This document shows positions 1 to 13,200 of a DNA stretch of 64,000 bases, one piece after another. The notes under the pieces are model-generated. The model had not been told where the DNA came from. It saw only the letters and a program-made list of their open reading frames with translations, and searched no databases. The DNA lies in contig OZ281494.1 in NCBI GenBank assembly GCA_965637545.1, positions 31,558,001-31,622,000 of the forward strand, written 5' to 3'. Numbering within the stretch: the stretch's first letter is position 1; each line of letters opens with the position of its first letter. Made by a program: the position numbers and the translations under genes. Source of the DNA: Phallusia mammillata (lineage: Eukaryota).

Positions 1-319
1 TCTTTTTGAAGCAAAGCCCAGGCAAGAAAAAAGGTGATTATCCCTTTGAAATATTTACGTTCAAACAGATTGAAATTGCCAGAGATTATAAGCACTAAGC
101 ATTAAATATTTTTCATTACATAGGTTCGAGCGTTCTAACTTTGCCGAATATGTTAACTTTAAAGCAGCCGCTTTAGGCCTGGTTTTGGAGAACCTATGTT
201 CGTATTCTATACAGCCAAAAATGTAAACATGGCTTGCTCATATCATCTGAGATATAATAGCATGATGAAACGTTATGTGCCTTCATTTCTTTAAAACAGT
301 ACAATTTAATTCGACCTAC

Positions 320-3300
320 TCGTTTAAGCCTTTTTCTTGAGACATTTCTTCCAGTACAATAACATCATCCCGTCTGGCGGGCTGATTGGATTTCTTACAG
401 ATTTTGATGATCTGGCGTTGTGCTATGATGTCTGTGTAACGCCGAATTGGAGAGGAGCACCAGGAGTAAAACGGGAGGCGGAGTGAGAAGTGGGAGTGAG
501 AGGAGGGGAGGTTTTCATCAACACGGGAGGCTTCTTTAAGTGTTGCTCGCTTTTGTATCCCGATTAACCTGGTCAATGTTAGGTTGAAAGTTTTAGTCTT
601 TTAATTGACTTTGAAAAAGATACTAGGCCTATCACTTAGTTGAAAAACATATGTATGTAAATTGATTTATGTAACATCCTTAGTAAAGGGTGCATGACTT
701 TAGTTTAGACTTATCAAAGTTTACTTTTTTATGTTCATATACAGATTTTTGCACACTTATTAACATTAATTTTAAAAAAACATTGCATAACTGGACATGT
801 TTTTCTGAACTTTAGTTTCTTGAGCTTACCCGTCATTGGCGGGGCAAATAGAAGGTTGTAGTCCATCACACGAGAAAAGCATCAGAGCTAGATCAAGATC
901 TCCTTCTTGCAAAGCTTCTTTGATGCAAACTAATAGTTCGGGTAAAACGTGCAAGTCCTGTGCGGATAAAAGTATTGTGATATTCCACACATAATGAGGG
1001 TGCTTACCGGTTTCAGTCAGCACTGAGCCGAACAGACACTCAGTCTTGATATTCGAGTAAGTGTAAAAAAATCAAATAGAAAATAGTATTTCGTAAAAAC
1101 AGTCTTACAACCATCAAATGCTTAGTTTTATGTGTTATGGCTCTTTCGTCGTTTCAATTAATAGATGCGTCCCATCAAAGTTTGATAACCACTTAGCTAA
1201 TTTAACATGGCCACGGACAAAAATACCCAAAATCGTGCTTTTCTGTAATCAAAAAGCAATGGACGTACGTGTCTCGGTGTTGGCAAGTCCTCTGGAAGTT
1301 GTTGGTTGAGATAATTGACCCTTGACTTGAGTGAGAGCGATAGTTGGATTTGCGAGTCGTAGCGGAACATCCAGTCTCTCCATTCCTCCTCTAAGGGTGG
1401 ATCCTGGCACCGTAGGAGGAAATTGCACCTCTGTGTAAAGAGAAATCGTAAGGAACGATACATATCAACAATTTGAATGCACTTCGTGACCGACGTTTCG
1501 ATGTGCCATGTTTCAAATGCTGACAGCTTGAGTTAATCGCATACCGGTTTATATCAACACACTCCGTTTTATTGCATACTAAATCATATACGTTCTGTAC
1601 AGCAGTGTTTTCAACCTCTTCCGTCACGGGGACCCCTTGAAAATTTCGGCAAAATTCTGTAAACCACTTGTAGAATATTGGTTTGAAAATATTAGGTTAA
1701 TCCCACAAAAAAGGTTGTCTATATTTAGGATTCCGATTCACAACACAAACTACAAGAGCTTTCATTGCTCTGAAGAAGCCCTTCTGTTTTGGTGGGCGAA
1801 ACGTCAGCAATTTAATGTTCTTAAAAAAACAACTTTATTCTGTTTAGAATCACACCAGTTGAGCGACAAACTTTGTCAAACAAACAACAAAAGCAACAAT
1901 ACAAGCTACAAAACTTATTTAACGTGCTTTGTATACGCAAAAATGTAACTTAAAAAAATTGTCGTTTTTCAAACAAAAAAGAACGAGAAAAAGTAATACC
2001 CTTTTCTTGAGAAAGATCGCCGTGCATGCGTTGAGAGTGATCATTGCTTCTTCAATGAGCATATGAGCTGGACCTTCATCGAAAAACTCCTGGAGTTTGT
2101 TCGAGTTGATTTCGTGATGGTAAACCGCCGTGCCCAGTCGCGAAACTCGTAAACCCATCACGTATTGCCAGATTTGATCTAAACAATACAATTGCGAAGT
2201 AGTTTGTATGACTAAAGCGTGCAATGTGATTACTTGTCATTTTAATATAGAATTTTCCATGTCACTTGTGTGGTACGTTTTTTTATTAACTCCGTGTATG
2301 AATGACATCTCATTTGACCTTGGCAGTAGTGTGTGCCGTGGGCCAAATGCGGATCATTGAATTAAGGTTGTGCTGCCCGCGAAACGTTTGGATTTGAAAT
2401 GAAGTATGGCCCGCTAAACTATTTCAATGCAGCGCAAGCGAACAAAGTTATTGTTTCTTATTATTTTTTGTTTCTGAACAGATCAATGTGTCGATTTTTT
2501 TTTTTACGGTCCCAACTTTGCGAATAGCATCACTAGCAAATTTTTCCATAAAGTTGTTAACCTAACTAAAACACATTTGCTGCCAAAAAAGTCCCACCTG
2601 TGGTCTAATCATGCTAATGGCGTTTGGCCCATTAGTGATATAGAAACACTCCTGGTCTATGAAAGTGTTCCGCAGTAATTTTAGAGCACAATTTTAACAT
2701 GGTTAAGTCTACAACAGTTTGACTCACATAGTTGCTGGCCCAGGGTGTTTTCGTTGATTTCAAGTAGATTTGCATCTTCGGGGTCTCTTCTCGCTCGTCG
2801 CAACAAATTCTCTGCCTCCCTGTATGTCATTTGTTTACTGGATTTGATGGTGGTTAATTTCGGTGCTGGAACCTTGAAATCTGAAAAGCAGTTACAATCC
2901 TTCTCACAAACCCTTTTTATGACAGTCACACGTGAAACAAATAATAAAACCACAATTTTTTTGTTAATTTTTGCCTTAATAATTTATATGTGCATTTTCC
3001 TGAATGGACATCGAAAAGTTTTTAAATGGACAAAGCAACGTAAAAAATCAAAACTTTTTTTTGCCCCTATAATAGTAGACTAGGCAAAGGATATGACTTT
3101 TGCTCAAACAAACACATTTTTAAATCACTAAAAAATGCCCAAATGCACAAGGGAACAAAAAATAAACAACTTTGAGACAGAAATCAACGACATAATTGAC
3201 CGACCTGGGTCCAAAATGTCTAGAGGTTGTGAAGTATGGAAAAATGTAGAAATTGCCGGTTTTGCTTTTCCATCCGCTAGCAAGCTGCATTTGTCTGAAC

Positions 3301-4204
3301 TGAGATGTCGGGGCAGCATAGGCGAGTTTTTTCTTCGATCCTTCATCACGTCTGAAAGTTATTTTAAAATTTTGTATTCATTTGAACCTTAATGTGAAGT
3401 TAGTAAAAATTGAATGAAGCAAATTCCTCCGGAAACCTATATACTGTTCCTAAAAAATCAAGCTGGAAAGTAGTAGCAAAATTGCGTTAAAATATTCACC
3501 AAGCTGGAAATAGCTGCGCAACGTTGGGACGTTATATACAATACAAAGCATAACAAAGTAAAGAGCACAATTAGTGGATAGATGGTAAATGCGTTGCAGC
3601 TGCACTGTTTTGATGTTTCGGATTTGTGTTTTAGGTTCAGATTAGATTGTTGATTCGTAATAATCTGTGTACTTTTAATCACCAAAACGCGTATAATGTA
3701 TAACTACTGTATACCTGGATCGTAGAAAGTGGTTGCTCGGCTTCTTGCTTCTTTGTCGACTTTAGATTGAGCTGGAACCACTGATGCTACGTCGGCAATG
3801 TGAATTCCAATCTGTCAAAATTAATGCAAATCTCAAAATCACTGAAATATTCAAGTGCTCTTACTCTATGCAACAATTAACAGTTACTTTGTGTATAAAA
3901 TGCAGTCATTCCGCGCGTTTTCAAAAAAAGAACTGCTGTACATGGCATATCAATTATATATTTGTTTTTGCACAAAGCGCACACGTTTACTGTCAGTGAT
4001 TCGACAAAGTACAAATTTAATGAACTTAAACAGCATCTAACCTGATAGCAATTGCTGTGAGCTGTGCACTTCTCAATACTTAACGCGTCATCTAGGTCCT
4101 TGGAACCCGGGGGGTCGATAGTAAATGTGTAGAGACCTGTACAATCTTTTCGCAAGTCCTTGTTCTGGTCTTCAAGGCTTTGACATTGTTTTTCCATGTC
4201 CTGC
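320..4204 (-). other. RNB (RNase II/R/Dis3-type) exoribonuclease domain of the HELZ2-like protein
   Basis: TIDPPGSKDLDD at 4087-4122, HIADV in exon 3715-3811, SPIRRYTD in exon 320-568. Confidence 0.9.
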
Positions 4205-7200
4205 CTGTGTGCAACGGAAAACATGTTGCTTGGGTGTTTGGGTTAACGATATAAATTTGCTGGGCTACAGCGAAATTGCATTGAGGTTAACCGAGAAATG
4301 GCATTCAAGGACGGGGGTAACGGGTAAGTTGGCGCATTTTGTAGGCTTTGCGCAATTGGTGTGGTAAGGAAACTCCGAGGTAGGCTTTTATCTTAAAACC
4401 AGACAAAGAACGAATGAAAAATTTTTTTTAGGAATTTATACTCGAAAGTAACACACTGCTGCAGCGGTTTTGTGAGCATTCATTAAGATGCTGTACTTGT
4501 TCCACTGTTTTTAAGCATTTGATCCCAAATGGTTTGCGGACATTCAAAGCAAAATATCTGCACGTTTTGCTACAAAATTGAAGAAAAAGTCAATTACTTG
4601 TGTTCTGCTGGTCTGTCGTAAGTGATTGCGATGTAGCTTTCCGCATCACTGGCTGCAATGACCTTTGACACATATCCAAGGGGATAGGGGCTGTATTCGC
4701 TCCAGCGAAGATAGCGGACAATGAAGAGTTTTCCACCACCTCGGTTGTACGCATAACGGTCTATGTTCTCATAACGAAGAAATTTCAGATCATCTGCAAC
4801 ATATTACAGGTCCTATCCATCAAGAGCAATTGGACATTTTGTCACTTATCAGTTAATTGTGGCATTTTGTTTTGACATCTGGTCTATGATCTTCGTAGTG
4901 GTAACACAAGTATCTCAGTGGGCTAAGACAAGGTCTGTTCTAAGCTAGTAAATGTCAAGCACGAGATAATTACATTTATACTGAAACTAGATTAAGCTTC
5001 AAAAACGGTATTGATATTAATTGAAGTAATATAGAGGGTAATTGTACCTTCAACTGGCTTGTATATTGGAATTCGGTAATCAGGTGTTCCCCTTCTTCGT
5101 ATAAAGGCAAACTTGGTGACCTTGTAGTCAACGGGGCACAGAAATGCAGGGTTGTGTTCGTCAGGAATACACACAAATTCCCTGAGACGTGGTTCCTTAT
5201 ACCTGTTTAAGCATATAAAAAATGCATGCGTAATGATTCTACAAAAATAACGTATAAGCAAACAGGGTATAGCTTAAATACATTGCAACGTATTATCATC
5301 ATGAAAAGTTGTGGATAAAGAATGAAAATGTATGTCTAAACGCTGTAATCTTAAGCACAGAAGTGGTCATATATTCAAAACCACAAACAGACAATTTGGT
5401 ATAAAACAGGTTGTATCAAAACACAACAACTGTGATCTTAATTTTTTTTAACACTTTACCTTTGGAGAATTCCAATCACTCTTCCTGTGACGACCTTTCC
5501 TCTATTCTGGTGAAGCAAACAACAAAAATTTATTGGCAAAGAATTACGAACACACTTGCATTTGTTACTTGGCCGAACACAAGATATAATGACGTGTTTT
5601 TTTACAGATTAAATATTTTTGATTTTACTGTTCGATCTTGGAGGGTTGAAACTAGAAGAAAACATTTAGTTTCGGCTATCCTTGAAGTGAAGTTATAGAC
5701 TTATGATCGTTTTGTGACATTTGGTAGATACAACGATCTTAGAAACTCTTAGAAAAATAGACTAATTTTGTCTTGAAGTTTAAGTTAAATGTGATTTTTA
5801 AAACTAAAGTTGGCCTTTTTTTCACCTGATACAAATTGTAAAACAAACTGTTTTCGACAAGCAGTTTTTAGCCTATTGTCTATCTTGTTTTTTACTCAAC
5901 ATGAATTCCAACCTTCGAAACACGAACGACAACTTCGTCTTTGTTGAACGCTCGACCGATGCTTCTTCTTGTGTCGAGTGAGATTTTGATTAAATCACCC
6001 TCAGGCTCCTTGAGTATCGCCTCAGCTGAGTGCCACGACATCATGGAAAGGAAGCAGTGCTTATACTCCTCGGGATTGTCCCTTAGTAACCTCAAAAGTT
6101 GACCGACAGTGAACTTCTCGTGGATGACTGTCCGTCGTTCTCCGTGGTGTCTGTATTAATACGGAACAAAATCTGGGTAATTGCATACTGAATCCTAAAC
6201 TGTAACCCACGGGTGTGCAACCTTAATTACTGATGGACCTTACAGCGTTAGCATTACATTTGTACCCAACCAAATTAAATTTTCATGTATGACTGATTAT
6301 GCCTACATGGCAACTGGCAATTTACATGACTTTGCGATCAGTCTGTTCAGTTGCAGTTTGATGTACAGTTAAAGTTGAATTACTGTTTATCCTGAATGTG
6401 TTTCTATGACATCTATTGAATGTATGTTTCACGATTACGTTTACTAACAATCCCAAGCGCGTGGGCCGCACCTTTACTTTGCTACGTACTGAACACGCTC
6501 ATATTTTAACATCTGCAAGCGGTTCTAGTCGCACTGTTAGGTCGCAAAAGTAGCACCGAACGTTTTATCCGCTCAGCAACAAGCACTAGTTTAGCGGGCC
6601 ACCGTTTAATTAAAATGCAATCGTTATGAAAGCAACCCTAATTTACATCACTTTAACCGGAACGACATAGTCGAAAGAATGTTTTAGCAACTAACGAAAG
6701 GCTTCATTTTGAAATGCATTATGTTTTAAACGAAATTTGCGCTTAATAATCACGTTTTAGTCTGAGACAAGAACACACGCGACATTCACTTTAAATCTAA
6801 CTAATTTAACTTCCAATTTGGAATACCTAAGGTTTGGGCCGGGTTCATTTGGATCAGTTTCCAGTGCATCGAGATATTCCAATCCATACTGGTCTACTTT
6901 GACAACTGCTTTGTCAGGTCGATAGCCAAGCTGTCTTTCAAGGATGTCGTCCAAAATTTTGTCATCCACAAGTGCTAGCGGATCCTGCAAAAACATGTTG
7001 TTTCAATACTAGAACGTGAAAAAACAACGATTGATGGTTGCTTAAACATGTTTTAATGAACTTTAGAATGCCTTTTCTTACACTTACATTGGCTATTATA
7101 TTTTGATGATAAAATCCTTATCGAATGAATTAACATTACATATTCTCCACTGCAGCACTTTATTGTAAATCTACAATATTTTAATTGTGTGCTGTAACAA

Positions 7201-10200
7201 AAACAAACTTACATCTTCTGAAGTTTCGTCCTCATCAGATTCAGAAAAACCGTCTTCTTCTTGTCCAGGATCCTAAAACACAAATACTGATGATAGGCTT
7301 AGTTCAACACGGTTTGTTTAACCTTCATTGTTGACAGATTTTAGAGATTGACCATACCTGTATAGGCGAAATATATATCTCGAATTTTTACAGCTTCTCG
7401 TTAAGTGATTTTGTGTCAGAAACATTTGTTGTTTTATTATCACTTTAAATTTATAAAAGAGGAATCTGTCAAGAAGGTTGGGAACCAAAGGTTTCTGATT
7501 TGAGAATACGGAAAATATTTTCTGATTGAGATAACTGACCTCTTCAGAAGGTTGGTTTGAGTTCGGACTCGAACGATTCGAAGATGGAGAATCGGAGTTT
7601 CGAAGTGAATTTGATTTTTGTGAAATCTTTTTCTTTCTTGGCACAAACCCTTGTGCTTCTGGGTTAAGTTTCGACAAGCGATTCACTTGGAAGAGAATGT
7701 TATTGAATGTTTCGTAGCGAGGGAGTAGAGAACCCCATAGTGCACAGGTCTACAAATAAGAAAGTAACTTACAGTTTGTGTTTAAAATATGCCACACAAA
7801 TTAATAGTATAAAACAGGGCTCCGTAACCTTTTTCATGGCACATGCCAATTTGTTTTAAGGCAAATGAACAAATGGCGGTGAAGGTTTGTACCAGCTGAT
7901 TTGAAAAGTAATTAGAAGAGCAGATTTATGCGAAGATAGGGATTACAATTCATTTGTACGTTAAGTTTTGTTCGGATTAACCGAATTCGTTTTGACCGAG
8001 GTTTACTGTGCACCACAACTAACTAAGAAAAACAAACTAATATTTAACTATGCCAAAAAGAAATCAAATATGAAATCGCGATTCGTTTTGCATCCCATGG
8101 AAAATAACCCATCGCGCAACCTTAGCACACGTGTCAAGCGTTTCTGATTCCCGGTCTGAAAACATATTTCTCATAGAACGTATGTTCGTCAAAAAGCCTA
8201 CCTCAACAAACTTGTGCCAACGAAGATGGCACAAACCAAGAGAACACAGAGTTACTGCATCACCGATGGCAATCACAGCAACTTTTGACCGCGTGATGGC
8301 GGTATTGAGTAGTCCTACATCGGCAAGAAGTCCAGTCTTGGAACCGTTCTCATCTGTGGCTGATTTGCGACAATGCACCCCACACATAATCACTACTTTA
8401 TACTCTTGACCTAAAAAAGATAAAATACTTAAACAAATGTCTCGGGGTTGTGCAACCTGCGGTCCGTTAAGTAACGCTCGTGCGGCCCGCTGAGAAGTTA
8501 GATTTAAAGTGTGCCCCCCTAAAAACTATTTCATTGCAGTGCTATAGCGAGTACACTTCTTTTTTGGTTTTGTGCATATCAATGAGTCCGGTATCATTTT
8601 TCAGCGACCTGGCAAAGTGGACAGAAACACTTGCGTGTTTTATATGCAACAAAGTAAAGACAACTTGCAATACATCAACGTTTATGATTTTATGCTTATT
8701 ATGTTAATTGTATTTGGCCCATCAGTAATAAGGTGCCAAGGGGTTAGATAGACTGTTATCTGAAAGGTTCTAACTTTGCACGGCTTGTTTCGACTCGGTT
8801 GTCAAGTGTAATTGTGTTCCTACGTTTTCCTTCACCAAGCGAAACTTTACTCAACTGAAGTGTGAAAATGGAGTATTAGATAAACTTACCCTGAATATCT
8901 CTTACTCTGTTTACATTCACAGATCTGTATCCTTCTTTCCGGAAGAGGCTTCTCATATGTTTCACCTAAAAAAGTTTCAAATTTAGAGAAACGGTTCGGA
9001 CTATTGTAGGGCTTATTAAATCTGTGTGGTACGACTTGAACCACCTTAATTAGACATCAGGTTACGTTTGTAGGCGAAAAAGACTTGTAAGTTTAAAATG
9101 GTTGTTAAAAAGGGTTAAAATTCTTGTTTTATTAAGTAATATTATCATTTGTCTATGGCACTTTATACTTGTAAGCATTTATGTGGAATAGTTGGCAAAT
9201 TACATTTACGCTAATAGTAAATATGTTTTCGATTTAGTTTTATTTGAGAATGGAATTGTTTTCACAAATTACCTGTACAGAATAGGAGGATACAACAACG
9301 ATGTCGGTTTCTTGTATGAAATATTGTTGCAGTAAATCTTTGACGACATATACGGCCAACTCTGCTTCATCAAGGTTAAAAAAGCCACCACTCGAAAAAT
9401 CTTTTTGACAGTTCCCTTGACGATAATATTGAACTTGTCAGAAATTTGTTATTTCATACACCAACTAACGTTAAAATAACGCCCCAAAATTCGTACGGGT
9501 GAGTTTATCATGTGTTTTTTACCTACCAACTCTTTAAATTCTGGTACCCAAAGACGCAAAAAATCGTCCTTGGTTATGAAGCCTCCCTACCTTGTATGTG
9601 GTAAAACTGTACAGGTAGAAGTCCAGCTACAGGTTTTTCCTTTGTACATGCTTTCAGGATTCCTCTCTTATAGAAAACTTCTTGAATTAGATTCAGTATC
9701 GGTTCCACGCATCTGAAAATCAATCACCAACTTTAATGTAAACGGTTTTAGAAATATTACAGTACCAGTAAAAACACCACGTATCAATTTGTCAGTTTTG
9801 CTCAATGCAAATTTGTTTCGTATGTTCACAATATATTTGGTTTAGGTGTGTTAAATTCTGTGCAAAACCGCCGTTTTGTTGAGGGAAATTCCTAAATTTG
9901 AACACATACATTACCTAAATCTGTTCAATAACAGTTTAGGCCCAGGTACATAACACAATAATGCACTTTGTCAGCTTCTGTATGTGTGAAAAAATGCCTA
10001 CCTGTAGTTTCGCGTGAGAAAGACGAACAGTTGGTCGTGTGCTGAATTGTTGAAAGTTTTGTATCTTTTGTACATCCGTTCCACCAAGGTATAGTCGGCT
10101 TCTGACCCGAACTTTTTGCTGTAAACCTAAAAAGCACAAAAAATCGAAACATACGAAACTTGGCTTGCTGTCAAAGAAATCGTGCGCGTATAAAAAATAA

Positions 10201-13200
10201 ACGTGAAAATAACGTTGAATCTTTTATCTTTCAGCATTAGATTCTTGTTTGTATGGATGTGTTTGTAGTAATGCAAAACGGATTTACCTTCTGTGAAATC
10301 TGCATGTGGTCCCCAGCTACGATAACCTTGGTACGGTCGGTTGATGCAAGGGTCAGTGGAATTATCGCTTCACATTCCATTGCCTTAAAAACCATGCGAA
10401 AACACTTAAACCAGTGGCGACACAAAGAATTACAATAGCGTACACCGTGGCGAAAACACCTTATTGAAACAATTTTGCACAGCTAGGTCGTTTTTTTATT
10501 ACTTTACGGATGAATGGGCATATACACGCTTCACCGCAACGGCTGTTATAAAAGTTTACGTTTTGATGCAAAGTCTGTTTTAACAGTAGTATAAATGTTT
10601 TTCTGCCTTCAGTGAGAACCCTTTAATTAGGTGTTTTACAAGTACCTGTAAATGAAATGCACAAATATAACCATTATATTTCCGTTCCACAAGTTGTGGC
10701 CTACAACTGAGACCTCATAAAACTTCACAAAGCCGAAACGAAGTTTAACCCATGTAGCTTATACCTGAGCCGCTTCGTCCAGAAAGATGTGTGTAAAAAC
10801 ACCGTGTAGACCAGTAGCTTTAAGTCCCAACACCAGAGCAGTAGCAAATGTGGTAATAACCACGCGCACTTTATCTGAAAGAATTTCCTTGGTAGTGGGA
10901 TAGCGAAAAGTCGTGTGATGCTCGTCCATAACACAAAATCGGCGCACCTCCTGTAATGATAAAGATGTGAGATCAAATGTGCTTTATTTCGTAATGGAAT
11001 AGTCAAAACAAACACAGATGCAACTGCAGTTTAAATTCAACATAATTTTTTTTGATTTAAGTTCATGAAAAACATTTGGTCATTCGTCCTATTTTGATAT
11101 ATATATATAACTTAGTTGAATTTAAAATAAGATGATTTGCAATATTGGTCATATTTGTACCTTATACATACGAAACTGCTTTTTTACAACTTAAAAACTG
11201 AAATGGAGTAAATCACAGTACGCCAGGCCCAGTGAAGGTGCCATACCGAATCAGCCGGTCACCAAGCATTCACCACCATATGGCAAGGCGTAGGCTAGAA
11301 AAATCTAGCCTGCGGTGGGATTCGAACCCACGACAGCAGTCTTTCCGGGACTCGCACTCTACCAACTGAGCTACGCAGGCTCACTGTGATTTATATATGA
11401 GTGTACTGTGATCGCTGGTTTGCATAGACGCTTTAGGGCTGATCCCAGTTATGAATTTATGTTCATCTTAAATGAAATGGTGCATTAGCTGTATTCTGTA
11501 CAAAACGTAGCTTAAAAACATCAACACATAGGTCTATCATTCATACATACCGGTGGGACTGACTTGATGATTCGGTCATGGTAGTAAACTCGGATGATTT
11601 TTCCATCCCACTCATCACCACGAAAGTTGTTTTGTATGTACAAGTCGGCAGCACTAAAACACGATCAATACCATGAATTAGCAGATGTGACAAATTAAAT
11701 ATTTCCCTAGAGTGTTTGAATTGATTTCGTATGCGCGTTTAAATTTGCACCTAAAACTTCAACAGCACATCGGTAAAAGCTTGTAATGGTTACATTAGAA
11801 TTACGATTCACAAAAATTCCGCTAATTCAACGGTAAATAGTGCTAAAAGGAAAACATTTAGCTAAATTCACACAAGTTGACACTAATTGCACAAAAAATC
11901 CAAACATCTTGAATAGCAAATGAGTTGACCAATTCGTTTGTTAGGCAAACAAGTAAACAAATCAGTGCCAATACCAAATGGTACATACCATAACCCTATC
12001 CTACCCATGCTTTGTTTAATATACGGCCGAACTCCTTCGAACAAACCGGTTGCGTTATGTTTGCTTTGGCAATCATGTGATACTCGATACGACCTTTGTG
12101 GTAATTACGTCATAATACACACCGCTGTGTGTTAAGCTTTTGTAACCCGAAACAAAGACAAGGCGAGAATCTAGTTTCGCTTGCCTTGGCTACACTGGGT
12201 TTAAACTTTAAACGCCCACGGAAAAATGCTTTCTGTGTTTACAATACGATATTCCCACAGCTATTTCAACTCGGCAAATACGTAATGTAATATTTGTACA
12301 CTATTGCACTGTGATCGACTTTATGTTTGGCAAACATTGAAAGGGTATGCAACATATGACAAAGTGGGAATAATCTAAATTTCGATTGTACTTCAAAGAC
12401 GCATTTTGTATCTGTCGCTAGCCACATTACAGGATTTCAATAACGACCGTCAGTGTGTCTATTTGGCCTTAAATCTAGTCTAGCCGCTGGATCCGTACTT
12501 CTACTTGACAAGGAATATTAAAATAATGCTTCTTTGTCCCCCGGCCCCAAACAGGACCTTTTCAACCAGTTAATTAGAACTCAAATATCTAAAAAATGAC
12601 TTTCATCAACGCACGACCGCCAGTAAGTTATTTAATTTAAGTGTGCGCAGCCTTATGAAGTTGTGACCGCAACGATATGACGGTACACAGTTGCAGGTTG
12701 TATATACCTCTTTCTGGTTTATCTTTTAAATTGCAACAAGTGCGGTTTAACACCTAAGAGTAAAAGCAAGTTTTGTTGTTAAATATTATTCGCGAAACCT
12801 GTCGGGCATTCTCGTGGACTCAGTAATGGATTTTATACCTGTTTGAATGTGTACAGACGAGAATCTTTGCTTGGGTGTAGTGTCTCAGTAGAAACAGCAC
12901 ACATTGACTGATGGTGTAGGTTTTGCCTGTGCCGAAAGGTCCAACCACAGCGAAAAGTGGGTACGTAACACGGTCTTTGATCAAATGCTGAAGAACACGT
13001 ATCTGAAAAAACAAAGTAATTTTCTGGCAACCGAATTTTTTTGGGGTTGTTAAAAGCGTTTTGGGGGTCAGTCGCTGGTCTGTTAACAAGAAACCTTTGT
13101 GATTTGCTTTTCCATGCGGCAACTTATATTGTCACTGGTATCAAATATAGCAACAGCTGGCCGTAAACGATTGAGTAGTCCTTGTTTGTTTTTGAACGAG

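Noticed and set aside
9883-9892. kappaB-like GGGAAATTCC in a HELZ2 intron
   Set aside because: A degenerate 10-mer that can arise by chance in 64 kb, with no clustering.
11307-11380. Functional tRNA gene (also 57567-57640)
   Set aside because: The anticodon arm is mispaired with an extra base, the anticodon is ambiguous and position 33 is not U. The 3' flank is the same SINE body in both copies, so it is treated as a SINE head.
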